64,000 bases of DNA from Octopus bimaculoides (lineage: Eukaryota). Shown in pieces: positions 25,322 to 38,000 of this stretch. The notes below the pieces were generated by a model, which was not told the DNA's origin, ran no database searches, and saw only the letters and a list, made by a program, of their open reading frames with translations. How positions within the stretch are numbered: the stretch's first letter is position 1; each line of letters opens with the position of its first letter. The stretch spans positions 71,771,982 to 71,835,981 of the forward strand of contig NC_068981.1 in the NCBI RefSeq assembly GCF_001194135.2, written 5' to 3'. Both the position numbers and the translations under genes were made by a program.

Positions 25322-25857
25322 CATCATCGTTTAACAACCAATTTCCATGCTAGCATGGGTTGGACAATTTGACTGAGGACTGGCGAACCAGATGGCTACG
25401 CTAGGCTCCAATCTGATTTGGCAGAGTTTCTACAGCTGGATGCCCTTCCTAATGGCAACCACTCTGAGAGTGTAGTGGGTGCTTTTACGTGCCACTGGCA
25501 CGAAGGCCAGTCAGGCGGTACTGGCAACGGCCATGCTCAAAATGGTGTATTTTATGTGCCACCTGTGCAGGAGCCAGTCCGGTGGCACTGGCAATGACCT
25601 TGCTCAAATGTCTTTTCACGTGCCACTAGCACAAGTGCCAGGAAGGCGACGCTGGTAACGTTTACGTTCAAATGGTGCTATTTACGTGCCACTGGCGTGG
25701 AAGCCAGACAGCTACTCTGGCAACGATCATGCTCAGATGGTGCTCTTAGCGCTCCACTGGTACAGGTGCCATCATGATTTCGCTTTCGCTTGCCCCAACA
25801 GGTCTTCGCAAGCCAAGTTTAGTGTCCAATGAAGGAGATGTTGGCATGGGTGCCACA

Positions 25858-25860
<3 letters not shown>
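25322..25860 (-). mobile_element. RTE 3'-tail element with internal ~65-bp tandem units
   Basis: core identical in type to 4362; about 4.5 units each starting tttt(a/c)cgtgcca; sister copy at 54485-54810. Confidence 0.85.
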
Positions 25861-25891
<31 letters not shown>

Positions 25892-26659
25892 TAGGGTGTG
25901 GTGGGTAAATTATCACCATTTTATATTTTTCATTTCATGCATGCACATTGTTTGTTTTTGATTTTGTCGGCTACACAGTATATTAAGGTCAGCTGGGCCC
26001 GAGCACCTTGTGGTTGGGAGGCAAACTTTTCACCATACAACCATACCTGTATATACATTCACATACCTCTGCCTCCACCACACACATATAAAACCATAAA
26101 ATCAGGAAGTATGAGAGGGGATATGGTTAATTTCTTCTGCCGCAAGACTTTTTAGGAGATTCATATGCCTTGCAGTCCATATAAGATGTTCTTTGAAATG
26201 AAAATGAGATACAGTATAAAAATTCAATGCAGAATGGAGCTGATACTGAAATACTTGTTACAAATTATCATCATCATCATTATGTTATATGTTTCTTTTT
26301 AAAATTCCATTCTTGTAGTGTTAGATTTGGGTGGGTCTAGCATCCATTTATGCTGGCAACATGATAGCTTGCATTTAGTGAGTTACTCTCACATTCCAAA
26401 TAGAGTTACTATACTTACCTGCTGCTTGAAAAATTGATTCTCCTAGACAGGTGACAACAGTATTATTATCATCATTATCATCATTATCACTTAATATCAA
26501 TCTTACATGCTAGCATGGCTTGGATGATTTGACAGGATCTGATATTCTGGAGGATTGTGTTGAGCCCCAGTGTCTGTTTTGGCATGGTTTTTTTTTATAG
26601 TTGGATGCTCTTCTCAATATCTTTATAGGTGCTTTTTTAGTGGTATTCATAATAATCAT

Positions 26660-27072
26660 TATCATTTAACGTTTATTGTTCATACTGGCATGGGTTGGAT
26701 GGTATGACCAGAGTTGGCAAGCTGAGAAGCTGCACAAGACTCCAGTCTGATTTGGCATGGTTTCTACAGATGGATGCCCTTCCTAATTCCAACCACTATA
26801 GAGTGTGTTGGAAGATTTTACGTTGTACCACATGGGTGCTTTTATGTGGTACCACCACGAGTGCTTTACATCACCATAAGGATTGGTCTTAACACTTCTG
26901 CTGAAAGGTATGGGTCTTCTTGAGCACGGCCAGGCACCAGGTATCTCAGTTCTTTGCCATCTCACCTGAAAGGTTCAGCTTCCTGATGTTGTTCTCCAGT
27001 ACTTCATCCCATGTCTTCCTGGGTCTTTCATTTCCACATATTCTATCCACTTTAAAAGATCAGCACTTCTTC
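26660..27072 (-). mobile_element. RTE LINE 3' end (ORF end + UTR + tail)
   Basis: minus strand MKKC*SFKVDRICGNERPRKTWDEVLENNIRKLNL..WCLAVLKKT is directly joined to the common tail, linking the tail family to RTE. Confidence 0.75.
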
Positions 27073-27469
27073 ATTAACTAGCACTGTAAATTGGTGGGAT
27101 TAGGAAAGGTATCCAACCCCAGCTGCAGAAGCCATGCCAAAACATAAATTGGTAAACGATGTCTCTGTACTCATTGGATTCTGTCAAACTATCCAACCCA
27201 TGCCGGCATGATGGATAGTCATTAAATGATGTTGATGATGATGATATATAACATTGATTATGATGTTCTAATATAAAACAATTAATATGCTTTTTACTTG
27301 ACTTTTTACATAAGTTCTGTCAGTATGTTTTCATTTCCTTGTATTTCATTTCTTCAGTAAAAACAATGAGTTCAATTATTTAGTAAGAGATTTTGTGTTT
27401 GAGAAAATAACTTAGTGAAATAATGAGACGAAATTTGAAAAAAAAAACAAGGTTTCACAAGACAAAAAT

Positions 27470-27756
27470 TTCTCTTTCTTTTTTATTTGTTTCAGTCATT
27501 GGACTGTGGTCATGCTGGGGCACCACATTGAAGAGTTTAGTCAAATAAATTGGCCCCTAGTACTTACTATCTTTTAAGTCTAGTACTTATTCAAATGGTC
27601 TTTTTACACCAAACCTCTAAGTTACAGAGATGTAAACAAACCAACATTGGTTGTCAAGTGATGGTGAGGGGCCAAACACAGACATAAACACAGACAAACA
27701 GATAGACACATACATACACATACACATGCACTCACTCTCTCTCTCACACGCACACG

Positions 27757-27800
<44 letters not shown>

Positions 27801-27990
27801 CTCTCTCTCTCTCACACCCACACACACACACACACACACATGACTGGCTTCCACACAGGTTCACTTGCAAGGTATTAGTTGACTGGGGCTATAGTAGAAG
27901 GTACTTGCTCATGGTGGTGTGCAGTGGGACAGAATCCAAAACCTTGTAATTGCAAAGTGAGATTCTTAACTGCATAGCCATAGCTGCATC
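27470..27990 (-). mobile_element. near full-length SINE family A with internal CA/CT microsatellite (another at 58605-59110, + strand)
   Basis: tRNA-like head at 27880-27990, microsatellite at 27700-27840, 3' part at 27470-27690. Confidence 0.75.
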
Positions 27991-29318
27991 TACAGAAATA
28001 AAGATGTACTTGGCATCACAAACCTGTAGGTTACAATGGAATGTGACCACTGGTAATCAATCGGAGGCTCTTTTTTAATAGTTCAAAGACAAGTGAAAAA
28101 TATGTTTCATTACACAACTTGCTTTGATTCCAATTTTCAGGCCGTCTTAGTCTCAAGATAATGTAATATTAAAATGAAATTTTGCAAAGAACAAATAAAA
28201 CATAATTTTCTTTTTGTAGTATATGGAAATTTCAACAAATAATTTAACAAAAACACTAGATTACTTTTTATATTAAGTATGATTTTACCATTAATGCAAA
28301 TATATATTTAGTATTGATCTGGGGTCACAGACTTGAGATTTCTCACCAACTGAAGAAAGCCAGATATTAGGACTTGGTTTATTGGGTCTTGTCAAAGGAT
28401 GGCACACAGCTTTATTCCCTGTTGAAGTTAACTGCTGTGTTTTTTTTTAGCAAGAGTGGCACACTATTTCCTGTTGAGAAGATTAATTTGGAACACAAGC
28501 AATTGAAGAAAGCCATCAAGGAGACAGCCATAGTAGCCGAAACTAATTCAAGGTGGTTGTTGTTGATGAGAGTCCATGCTAACATCTGTTCTATAGGCAA
28601 AGGCTAATTTAGTCATCACTGCCCAACTCAGGGGAAGCATACAGACTAAGAAGCAAAATGCTTGTGATACTGAGGCACTTACTTGTACATATATAGATGG
28701 GTTTTAAATGTTGCAAAAAGCTTAGTGCCAGAAAAGCCTGCAATATTGTAAATTAGCTCCTACAGTTTGTGCGTGGGGCAAAGCATCTCTGGTGTTTATT
28801 TCACTTTATTTCTCCTTTAATATGAGCATTATTTGCATAAAGATTAGAGAGATGAGCTAAGTGATCTCAGAGGTTATTCTGGTTTGTCTTAAATATGCAA
28901 ATTCATTATCCCCCTAAGATAATCAGTACTGAGATCATTTAATTACATAAGAATGATAATCTCTCTTATCTCATGGTGCACCCTGTCTAGTTTCTGTGGA
29001 CAAAGAGGAGATAACCCCTCTGAAATGCTTACATCCCACAGTCTTGGTAGGTGGTGCTGAGAGGTGATTTTGGTGTATTTACACCATTTGTCTTCAGTAA
29101 GAAATTGGTTTCATAACAAAACACTGTGAATGGCTTTCTTATGGGTTTGAATATGCCCCAAGCATATTTCAACCAGTATTTAATTAACTATATTCTTTTT
29201 TTAGAGTATAATCAATAAATAGTCTTATCAGCCTTTTCAAAAGAAACTAATATGAATATAATTCCACATATGGATATAATTTATATTTTTATTGGCTGTG
29301 ACTTATACAATGTAATTA

Positions 29319-29705
29319 TTGTTGTTGTTGGCACTCTGTCGCTTACGATGTCGAGGGTTCCAGTTGATCCAATCAACGGAACAGCTTGCTCGTGAAATTA
29401 ACGGGCAAGTGGCTGAGCACTCCACAGACATGTGTACCCTTAACGTAATTCTCGGGGATATTTAGCGTGACACAGTGTGACAAGGCTGGCCCTTTGAAAT
29501 ACGGGTACAACATAAACCGAAAGAAAGAGTGAGAGAAAGTTGTGGTGGAAGAGTACAGCAGGGTTCGCCACCATCCCTGCCAGAGCCTCGTGGAGCTTTA
29601 GGTGTTTTTGCTCAATAAACACTCACAACGCCTGGTCTGGGAATCGAAATCGCGATCCTATGACCGCGAGTCCGCTGCCCTAACCACTGGGCCATTGTGC
29701 CTCCA
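29319..29705 (-). mobile_element. young full-length tRNA-derived SINE (OR1-like) with TSD
   Basis: head tggaggcacaatggcccagtggttagggcagcggactcgcggtc...gtttcgattccc (A/B boxes); (CAA)n tail; TSD ACAATGTAA at 29307-29315 and 29707-29715. Confidence 0.88.
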
Positions 29706-31185
29706 CACAATGTAACTATATATTGGACTGAATATATAGACACTAGGGTAAGAAAATTGTCAATTATAAGTTAAATTATTACATCATTTACACACAAAAG
29801 GGAGTAATTTATTTAATGTTTTATCAGTCAAGCTCTCTCACAACTACTGATCTTTTTTATTACCACTCATTCAATTTTTAGGTCTTTCAATATATAATAT
29901 AATTACAACATTAGCAATTATTATGCTATTAGAAATGCTGGAAAATAGAAAAAATAGAAAAATAGAAAAAGGACCCTGTAATAACACAAAATTTCAAGCT
30001 GAATAGTCATAAATGTAACTGAATTTTAAAAATATTCATATCTCAAAGCATTTGTTTTCCAACAATAACAACAACAACAACTACATTCTGTAATTAACAA
30101 CATATTTAATTGATCACAGTTTAATGGATTCTATTGAAAAACTGTCATTTTGGGCCTTTTAAAAGCACTACAAAAGAGGAAGATGCCTTCTCTAAAAATA
30201 TTTCAATGAGCATAACTAAAGATGCTAGTCAATATTATACATTGGTGAGCTGGCCAGAAAATTTACATAACAGTCCTTGTAATGTTTAAAAATTGTTTGA
30301 ATGTGACGTATTGTAGTTTCAGATTTAAATGAAGGGCTTCCTTTTATGACAGTAAAATTTGTGAAGTTTATCATGACAGGCATGTAATTCTCAATTAAGC
30401 AACAATAAATTCATGCAGACGAAATGTAAAGTAAAAGGGTGTAGGAAAATCCATTTGTCATCTTGTGTGCTCTTGTAAAACTGTTGCTTACTTAATTTCT
30501 GCCAATTTCTGTAAACGAAATATAGTTTGAGCATTATACATTATATTTTATACATGCTATCATATAGCATTTTGTTTTTTTCCAAAACATTTTTCAATTT
30601 TTATAAAAAATAGTCCATTAGCAAATATTATTTTGCTATAGTATATATTATGAGTTATAGCTACCTTACATACCTGTGTATATATATCATTCTTAATTAC
30701 AGCTTTTTTTTATTTCAACAATAAACTACTTAATTGTATTTAGATTTATGAAAATTATATAAATATTTTCTTTAAGCATGTTTGAAATTTGTGCGCTTCT
30801 ATTTTTATGTACGTGTGCGTGTTTATATGCATGTGTGTGTGTATATATATATATAAATATATATGTATATATATAAAAATTCAGGATTCAAGTAAATCAG
30901 GTCCTTAAATAGTAAAGCACCAAGGTCAGGCCAGTCAAATTGCTATTGCGTACAAACAGTATCTGAGGAACAAATATGTACTTACTAAAGTAAACACGCA
31001 TTTATATTCCAGTTGTATGTACAATCACAAATGGCTGACTGAATATACTATGAGTCTCAAGGCTGTACATAGGTACAAACACTGCACCAATTGTACTGCA
31101 CTCAATAGACTCCAAATCCATGTGAACTGCAGGTTTCAAGTAAGGTGAATAATAAGCAAATAACAACAGATGGATTGTGGTTCAC

Positions 31186-31500
31186 TGACTACAACTGTTT
31201 CGGACATGTTTTTTTATTGATGAATAGAATTATGTCATGCAAAAAAAAAAAAAAGATGCTTTCATCAGGTGAATATATGTATGAATTAAACATTTCAAAA
31301 CATCTTAAATTCCAAAGCAAATGCCATTTCATGACACTCTGACCAAAATTTAGAGAGTCACAAAATAGCATTTGCTTTGGAATTTAAGATGCTTTGAAAT
31401 GCTTAATTCGTACATATATTCACCTGATGAAAACGGGTTTCTCTTTTGCATGATGTAATAATTCTTTTCAATAAATACACATCTGAAACAACTGTAGTGA
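31186..31500. repeat. foldback/MITE with ~150-bp inverted arms
   Basis: 31186-31340 aligns to the reverse complement of 31352-31500; 11-nt loop gaccaaaattt. Confidence 0.85.
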
Positions 31501-31527
31501 GTGAAACACAACCCATCTGTTATTTGT

Positions 31528-31566
<39 letters not shown>

Positions 31567-32061
31567 CCTACCTATCTATCTATCTATATATATATAGGTA
31601 TAGTAGAACAAATGAGAAATAGAATTCAATACCTGAATGTATATACTTATTTTATTTTTAATTGGCAGAAAATCACGAAAGTAACTCAAGGGTCAAGAGT
31701 TTCATGCATGGCACTTGGCACTTATCAAATTAGGTTTGATAAGTGCTATGAATGTAACTATCAGCCCTTGAGTCACTTTTGTAACTTTCTCATGATTAAA
31801 AGTAATGAAAGTATATATACACACATGCATATATTTATATATATACACACAGACACACACATATATATGCATGCAAATTTTTGTGTTTATCTAGTCATTT
31901 ATTTCTACATATAAAATACAAAGAATCAACTAAACTAACAAGCTTCCACTTTCTTCCTTTTTGTTACTTAAATAGTTAAAAAAACTCTCAAAATTATTCA
32001 CAACCTGCTGCAAAAGAACTTTCCTATCCCTTAATTGTTATCCTTAAAAAGAGGATTAGGA

Positions 32062-35000
32062 TTAGTCAAATCTTTTGTTGCCTTTATTTATACTATCACG
32101 TAAGTCTGGTTCTGAATGAAAAGTATGCATTTTACCATTTTCTTCCTCAGCTGCTTCTTCTGAAGCTGATTTTTGTAGTTGCTTCAGTTTGTCAATACGC
32201 TTTCGATCTGGTTCGAAAGAAGCAAAAAGTTCATGAAAACTATGACATCTTTCAGCATGATCATTGACTTCATTTTCAGCAACTTTTTCAAATGATATTG
32301 GACTGTCAGTAGCATTGACAAATTCTCTTGCAGATGATATACTCCAGCGACTCCTACTTTTATTTGATGAAGCTGGTGATGACTTTTCTCTCTGTTTTTC
32401 ATTATTAGAAGATTCATTTGGTGTTTCTCCACCTTGTTCATCTCTCACATTATCATCAGACGAAGAGAGGCACTTCTCAGAGCTTTGTGACCGTTGTCTA
32501 GGTATGGGTAAAGGAGGTTTAGAAGCAGTGGAACTATCTTCTGTAGCTAAATTTTCATCAGAGAGTAATGGCTGAGGACTCTCATTTTCTTGCATCATCA
32601 TTTGTTGAGCTATTACTATTTTTTGTCTTGCTTTTGCTTCATGTCGCTGTTTTACATTTCGTGGAGTCATAACTTTAGAAGATGATTGACTTTTTGGAGA
32701 AGATTTTGAGCTTTGTGAATCATCAGAAAACTTATTTCCTTGTTCTTCACTAATTTCACTGATTGGTCGTCTTTCATGTCTCGACCTGGTCCTAACTTTA
32801 CGATGACGATCTTCATCACTTGAGCTGAAAAGATCCAACATTTTGGCTATACCTTTTGAAACTGGTCGTTTTTTCTGTTGTACCATTTCAGCCGAACTGT
32901 CACTTGAACATGACTGTTCTTGCCTTAATTGTTGCTGGAAGTTTTGTTTTGAAATATTTCCATTTTCCTGAATTTCTCTATTTCCATTACTACTCTGGGA
33001 TTGACTACTAGAAGTAGTGTGTTTCATATCAAAATCAGGTGGTGTTGACTTTCTATGATTTCTTTCGTCATCTCGTCCTGATTTACGATGTAGACTAGAA
33101 GATCGTGGCGGAGGTTTGGGTCGAGGTGTACCATTAATTAGTCTTGAACTACCGTCTGAAGTGTCAGATCGTGCAGAAGATTTTGACCGTGATCCTTTTT
33201 CTACTGTTATTGAGGACAAATATACACTTGGACCATCATTACCTTCTTTACCACTATTTCTACTCTGGAATTTCTTACTTTCTTGGTTCATTTCATTTGC
33301 TAGTGACCTCCTTTGGCGTCTTGTTCTTGCACGCCGTGTAGGAACATCAGAAGTAGACAATACTGAATCTCCTGATGCATCTTCAGTTTTGATTAAAGGT
33401 GATTCAGTAACTGAAGGAGAATTTGATGTCTGAGATTCAGTTTTTATTGGGTATTTGCTACCAATATCTTTCACTGGAACTTGCATTAATTCTCGATATC
33501 TTTGACTAGTGGTTAATCCATGGTCAGATGTTGACAAGTAGCGCATGTCAGAATGAAATGAGTCTGAACTGACATGTCCAGTTGTATTATCATACAGCTG
33601 GGAAAATGAAGAAGATAATCTAAAACAATGGCTTTCTTGGCTTGAATATGGAGAAGAAAAATTGCTTGGTTTGTTGCAGTCCAATAAGGTTTCATTGCCG
33701 ATATTAAGTTGGGTGTAAATTTTTTCCAATTCATTAAGTGCTTCACTAAGTTTAGCTTTCCTGTTTACAAAATGTTCTGTATTAGATTTTTTGCTGCTTG
33801 AAGATTTAACATCAGCTGAAAGCATTGCACTTGTTGCAGGAGAGAATTTCTTGAGAGTGTTGAGAATTCTGTCAAGATTTGATTCATCTGCTTTGAGTAT
33901 CTTTGATTTAATTTCTGAAAGCTTATCTTCGACTTGACTTGCAAGAACTTTAAGTTCCTCTATATTTTCTTCTGGTTGAGCAGGTGTGTAGGTAGTTGGC
34001 TTTTCATTGTCTCTAAAAGCAAACATGACATTATTATTTCCTTCCTGGATATTCTTAATTAGAAAGGCTAAATCATCACCAGATGGAGAACGTTCAACCA
34101 AACCTGTGTTGATGAGTTTCTCTTTCAGCACAGAGGGATCTAGTTGATAGTTACCATTGACAACATTTTCATACTGTTTCTCTCCTAGTTTAGTCATAGA
34201 TTGGTACATCAAATTTCCATGGTTGCCTTCTTGAAGTTGTAAAAGATTTTGTTGGGAAGAAAACTCAGGACGTTCTGCAGAGGGACCGCTATTACAAGCA
34301 GCCTTTAACATTTGAGAATGAACTTCTAATTGATCTCCATGGTAAGACCCTGAATGATAAGACAGGGGCCTTTTTGGTGAACTTGATTTGTGAGACATGT
34401 CCGAATGGCTGCCAAATATCTTTCTTTGACTATTTGACATTCTGTTACCAAGGACTGGCTGTAGATCCAAAAGAACTTCATCTAATGCATTCATATTAGC
34501 AATCTTGTTTGAAGATTTGAGACTTGAAGTTGAATATGGTTTGGATTGAGGTTTATTATCAGCATTAGATGCTGGAAAAGAAGGTAAGGAAAAAGGTTTC
34601 ATATGCTGAGTAGATGCTGCATCCATTTGACAAGAAGTAAATGCTTTTGTAGAATCAATTTCAGTTGAGTTCTTTCTTTCTGAAGGACTTTCTTTCATAA
34701 GATGATCAAAGTTTGTTAATTCCTCAATTTCTTTCCAAAAAGGGTCTTCAGAAAAGGGGATTGTTTCTAGAGTTCTGGCTGTAACTCGTTCAATACTAAC
34801 TGGTCCTTGATGACTGTCCATTTGAGGTGACCATATCTCTGAATCTTTGAGTTTTTCTTGCATTCCACCAATCAAATTTTTCCAGTTACCATGTTCTGCA
34901 TTTCTTCTGTTTGATACCATTTGACTAATGCTATGGTCAGATGTTATATCACTTTTCCTTCTGAGGAAATTTCCAGTTGGTATGTTGGTATTGTTTATAT

Positions 35001-38000
35001 CCTGAGGATACAATACAGTTTTCTTCTCATTTGTTTTCAATTCCAAAGTAGTAGATCCACTATTTGGTGCAGAAGCAGCTGTATGATGCTTTGGAATAAA
35101 AAACTGATAATCTTTGTTTGTCAGTGGGCTGGAGGCTGGTATAAGTGTATCACCTGTGTTATTACTTGAAAAATTTCTTACTGGAAGGAAAAGAGGGCTG
35201 TCTATTGTTGGTGATTTATTTATTCCTTCATGATAGCTATGGCTGAGACCATTTGCAGTTGTGTTATTTACATCTGGTGATATTTGGAGAAGACTTTTGT
35301 TTATATCGACCATAATTTTTGAATGGGTTTTACCTTTAAATAAGTCACCATCAGATATAGACCCAGTTTGTGAAAGACTTCTGGTCATATTGCTTTTACT
35401 CATATTTTTATTTACATTAACTGGTTTGGTAGGTACATCTGAAGAATAAGGCTTTGTCGCTACAGAATCTTCATCGATAACAGCTAAATATTTTGACCAC
35501 TCACTCGCCATATGTTTTACTGTTGTTGGCAAATGGTTCTCCCCAATGTCAGGAATTTCTCCTGTTTTACTGTCTACTGGTGGATTTTTGAGTGACGTTT
35601 TCATTTTAGTTTCCCACTTTTTCACTCTTTCAGCTACTTCAATGTCATATTCTACATCAGAAAACATTCCAGTATCTTTAATTGGTAAGGCTAACTCATT
35701 TTCTGGAGTTTCACTTTTACTACTAATATTAGCTTTAGTTGAGCTTACTATAGAGGGTGCAGAACAGCTTAAAGATTTTTTAATTACCTCAGGAGAGCTT
35801 TTTATTTTGTTAGATTCTGACACCAAAATACTTTCTGAAATAGTTATAAGTGGTTTATACTGGGTCATAGTTTCAGCATTTTCCAATGGCTTTGATGGCT
35901 GATTATCTCTCTGGTTTTGGTTAGCTGCTGGTTGGGCATTATCATGAGATTTTAGCCAAGACATACAAGATTGGAATGCACTACTCTCACAGACAGGGGA
36001 CTGTGTAATTAAAACTGGCTCTGAAATTCTAATTGGGGTTGGGCGAAGAATTGGCTGTCTATTTTCAGTATAAATTTGTGAAGATGTAATGGGTTGTTTG
36101 TTTCTAGGAGTAACAGGAAGTAGTTTTGAACCTGTACACTGTTGTGACATTAAGACTGGTTCAGAGGACATTTTTAGTAGAACTGGTTTTGAAGTTGTTA
36201 CTAATTCTGGAATTTTAGGCATAACTGGCTGTAACATTGGAATTGGTTCTGAGACCTTTGGTAAACCAGATGCTTCTGATGCTGATATAGGTTTCTCATT
36301 TTGTGAGTTTGAATGCTGTGTTAATTGAAGAGTATTATTGACACTTGTTGGTTCTATGTATTGCTTATTTGATTCTAACAGCTCATCAAGTGAATCTCCA
36401 TCACTGTAAGATTTTGATGAATAATTTGTTGTATGTTTTATATTTGATTCTTTGGAATTTGAATCTATGCCTGTTTTAGATCTACGATTTTTTTGTTTTT
36501 GCTCAGCTTTGGATTTTTCCTTTTTTTGTTCTTGGAAAGGATGTTGATCCACTTTGGCGGGTAATTGAGGTGATTTTGGTTGTGTTGGAACATATGGCTG
36601 AAAACTCAATGGGCGAGTGTTCAATTGAGGATTATGCCCATTAGATAAGAGAAAAGCATTTTGCAAGGAACTATTTGTTTCAAAGTTTCTGTTTTGATTA
36701 ATGAAATTTTCAGGTTGTTGTTGCTGAAATGTTTGTTGCTGAAATATTTGTTGTTGTTGTTGCTGCTGCTGCTGAGGAGGAGGAGGAGGAGGAGGACTGA
36801 TACATTGGATATTGTTCCCAAAAGCAAAGGCTGTGGAATTTCTGTTTGGATTGCTTGCAGCTGCCTTCCTGTTTTCACACTGAAAATTTGTATTTATTAT
36901 TTGAGAATCTGTTCCATTTCTATTTTCTTTCTGTAAAGAATTGTTGAAATTATTTGATAACCCAATATTTTGGTTATTTTTGCGAGGATATTCAACAACA
37001 ACCATTCTTGGTTTTGGTTTTTCTGGTTGGCTTGGAGGTTTGTTATCTCTTTTGAATGTAAGAGGTGGAGACAAGCTTCCACTTGCAGTAAATCCTAGAG
37101 ACATAGGTCGGTAGCAAGGAAAAGAAGCTGTCATTTGAGCTGGCTTTGAAACTTCTGTCTTTAGTTTTGGTTCTAGAACAATTTGATCACCTGAAATATT
37201 AAGATAATTTGTGTATTCTTGACCAGATCTAGCGGTTACACCTTCATATTCCCCTATGGAGGCTTTTCTACCTTTTCCACGGCCTGCTTGAACTTGGGAA
37301 AGTCTCTGACGAATTTGGTTTGAAATTTCAGAGTGTGGGTTGGTTTCTTCATCAGATGTGGGATAATTTTCCATTCTCTGTTGTCTCATTTCTTCTAACC
37401 GCTGAAACTTAGCTTTTTGAGGAATGGCTGCATTAACTCTGTTAGGATTACTCCATGTATTTTGATGGTCCTGCTTATTTCCACTTGAAGGTGATGGAAT
37501 ACCTGCATGTGGTCGATTGATTGAATTTGGCATGGTTTGGCTTTTGTTTTCTTGTTGTTGTTGTTGTTGTTGTTGTGGTGGTGGTGGTGGTGGAGTGATT
37601 AGTTTCCATTCTGTTGCTTTGGTTTTATCATGCCGTTTTGTCTTTTTTATCAAAAGTGGATTCCGTGTCCATCGCTTTGGTCCACTATCTCCTGAATCAG
37701 TGTCACTGTCCGATAGATTAATGTTAACGATATCATCTTCGGAGAACTGGCGCAAACATAATGGATGAGGACTTTTGCGTGGTTCATGACTAATAGCCCA
37801 TTGTGGTCCAGATGTATCTTGTCTACTAGGGCTTAGATGTCGTCGAGGACCTTCACTTCTTGAACGATGACGTGCTTTGGTTTGACTATCACTAGGCACA
37901 GCAACTCTTCTTCCTTGTCTTTCATGTCTTTCCATCAAAGGGTCATCTGTTGCTTGACTGGTTGCTCTTGACCCTTGACCTCTAGACAGACTTTTCAGTT

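Noticed and set aside
25483-25775. CRISPR-like repeat-spacer appearance
   Set aside because: Eukaryotic context, degenerate repeats, spacers homologous to each other, no cas genes; it is part of a retroelement tail
28290-28760. Short ORFs here and at 3830-4350, 55300-56900, 59600-59960 and 61060-61700
   Set aside because: They look like very degraded LINE or transposon remnants, too decayed to classify or call as genes
29640-29705. tRNA-like sequence with A and B boxes
   Set aside because: It is the head of a SINE with a body, tail and TSD, not a tRNA gene
32184-37768. Small ORFs in other frames and on the other strand within the giant exon
   Set aside because: Shadow ORFs expected from the codon bias of a long exon
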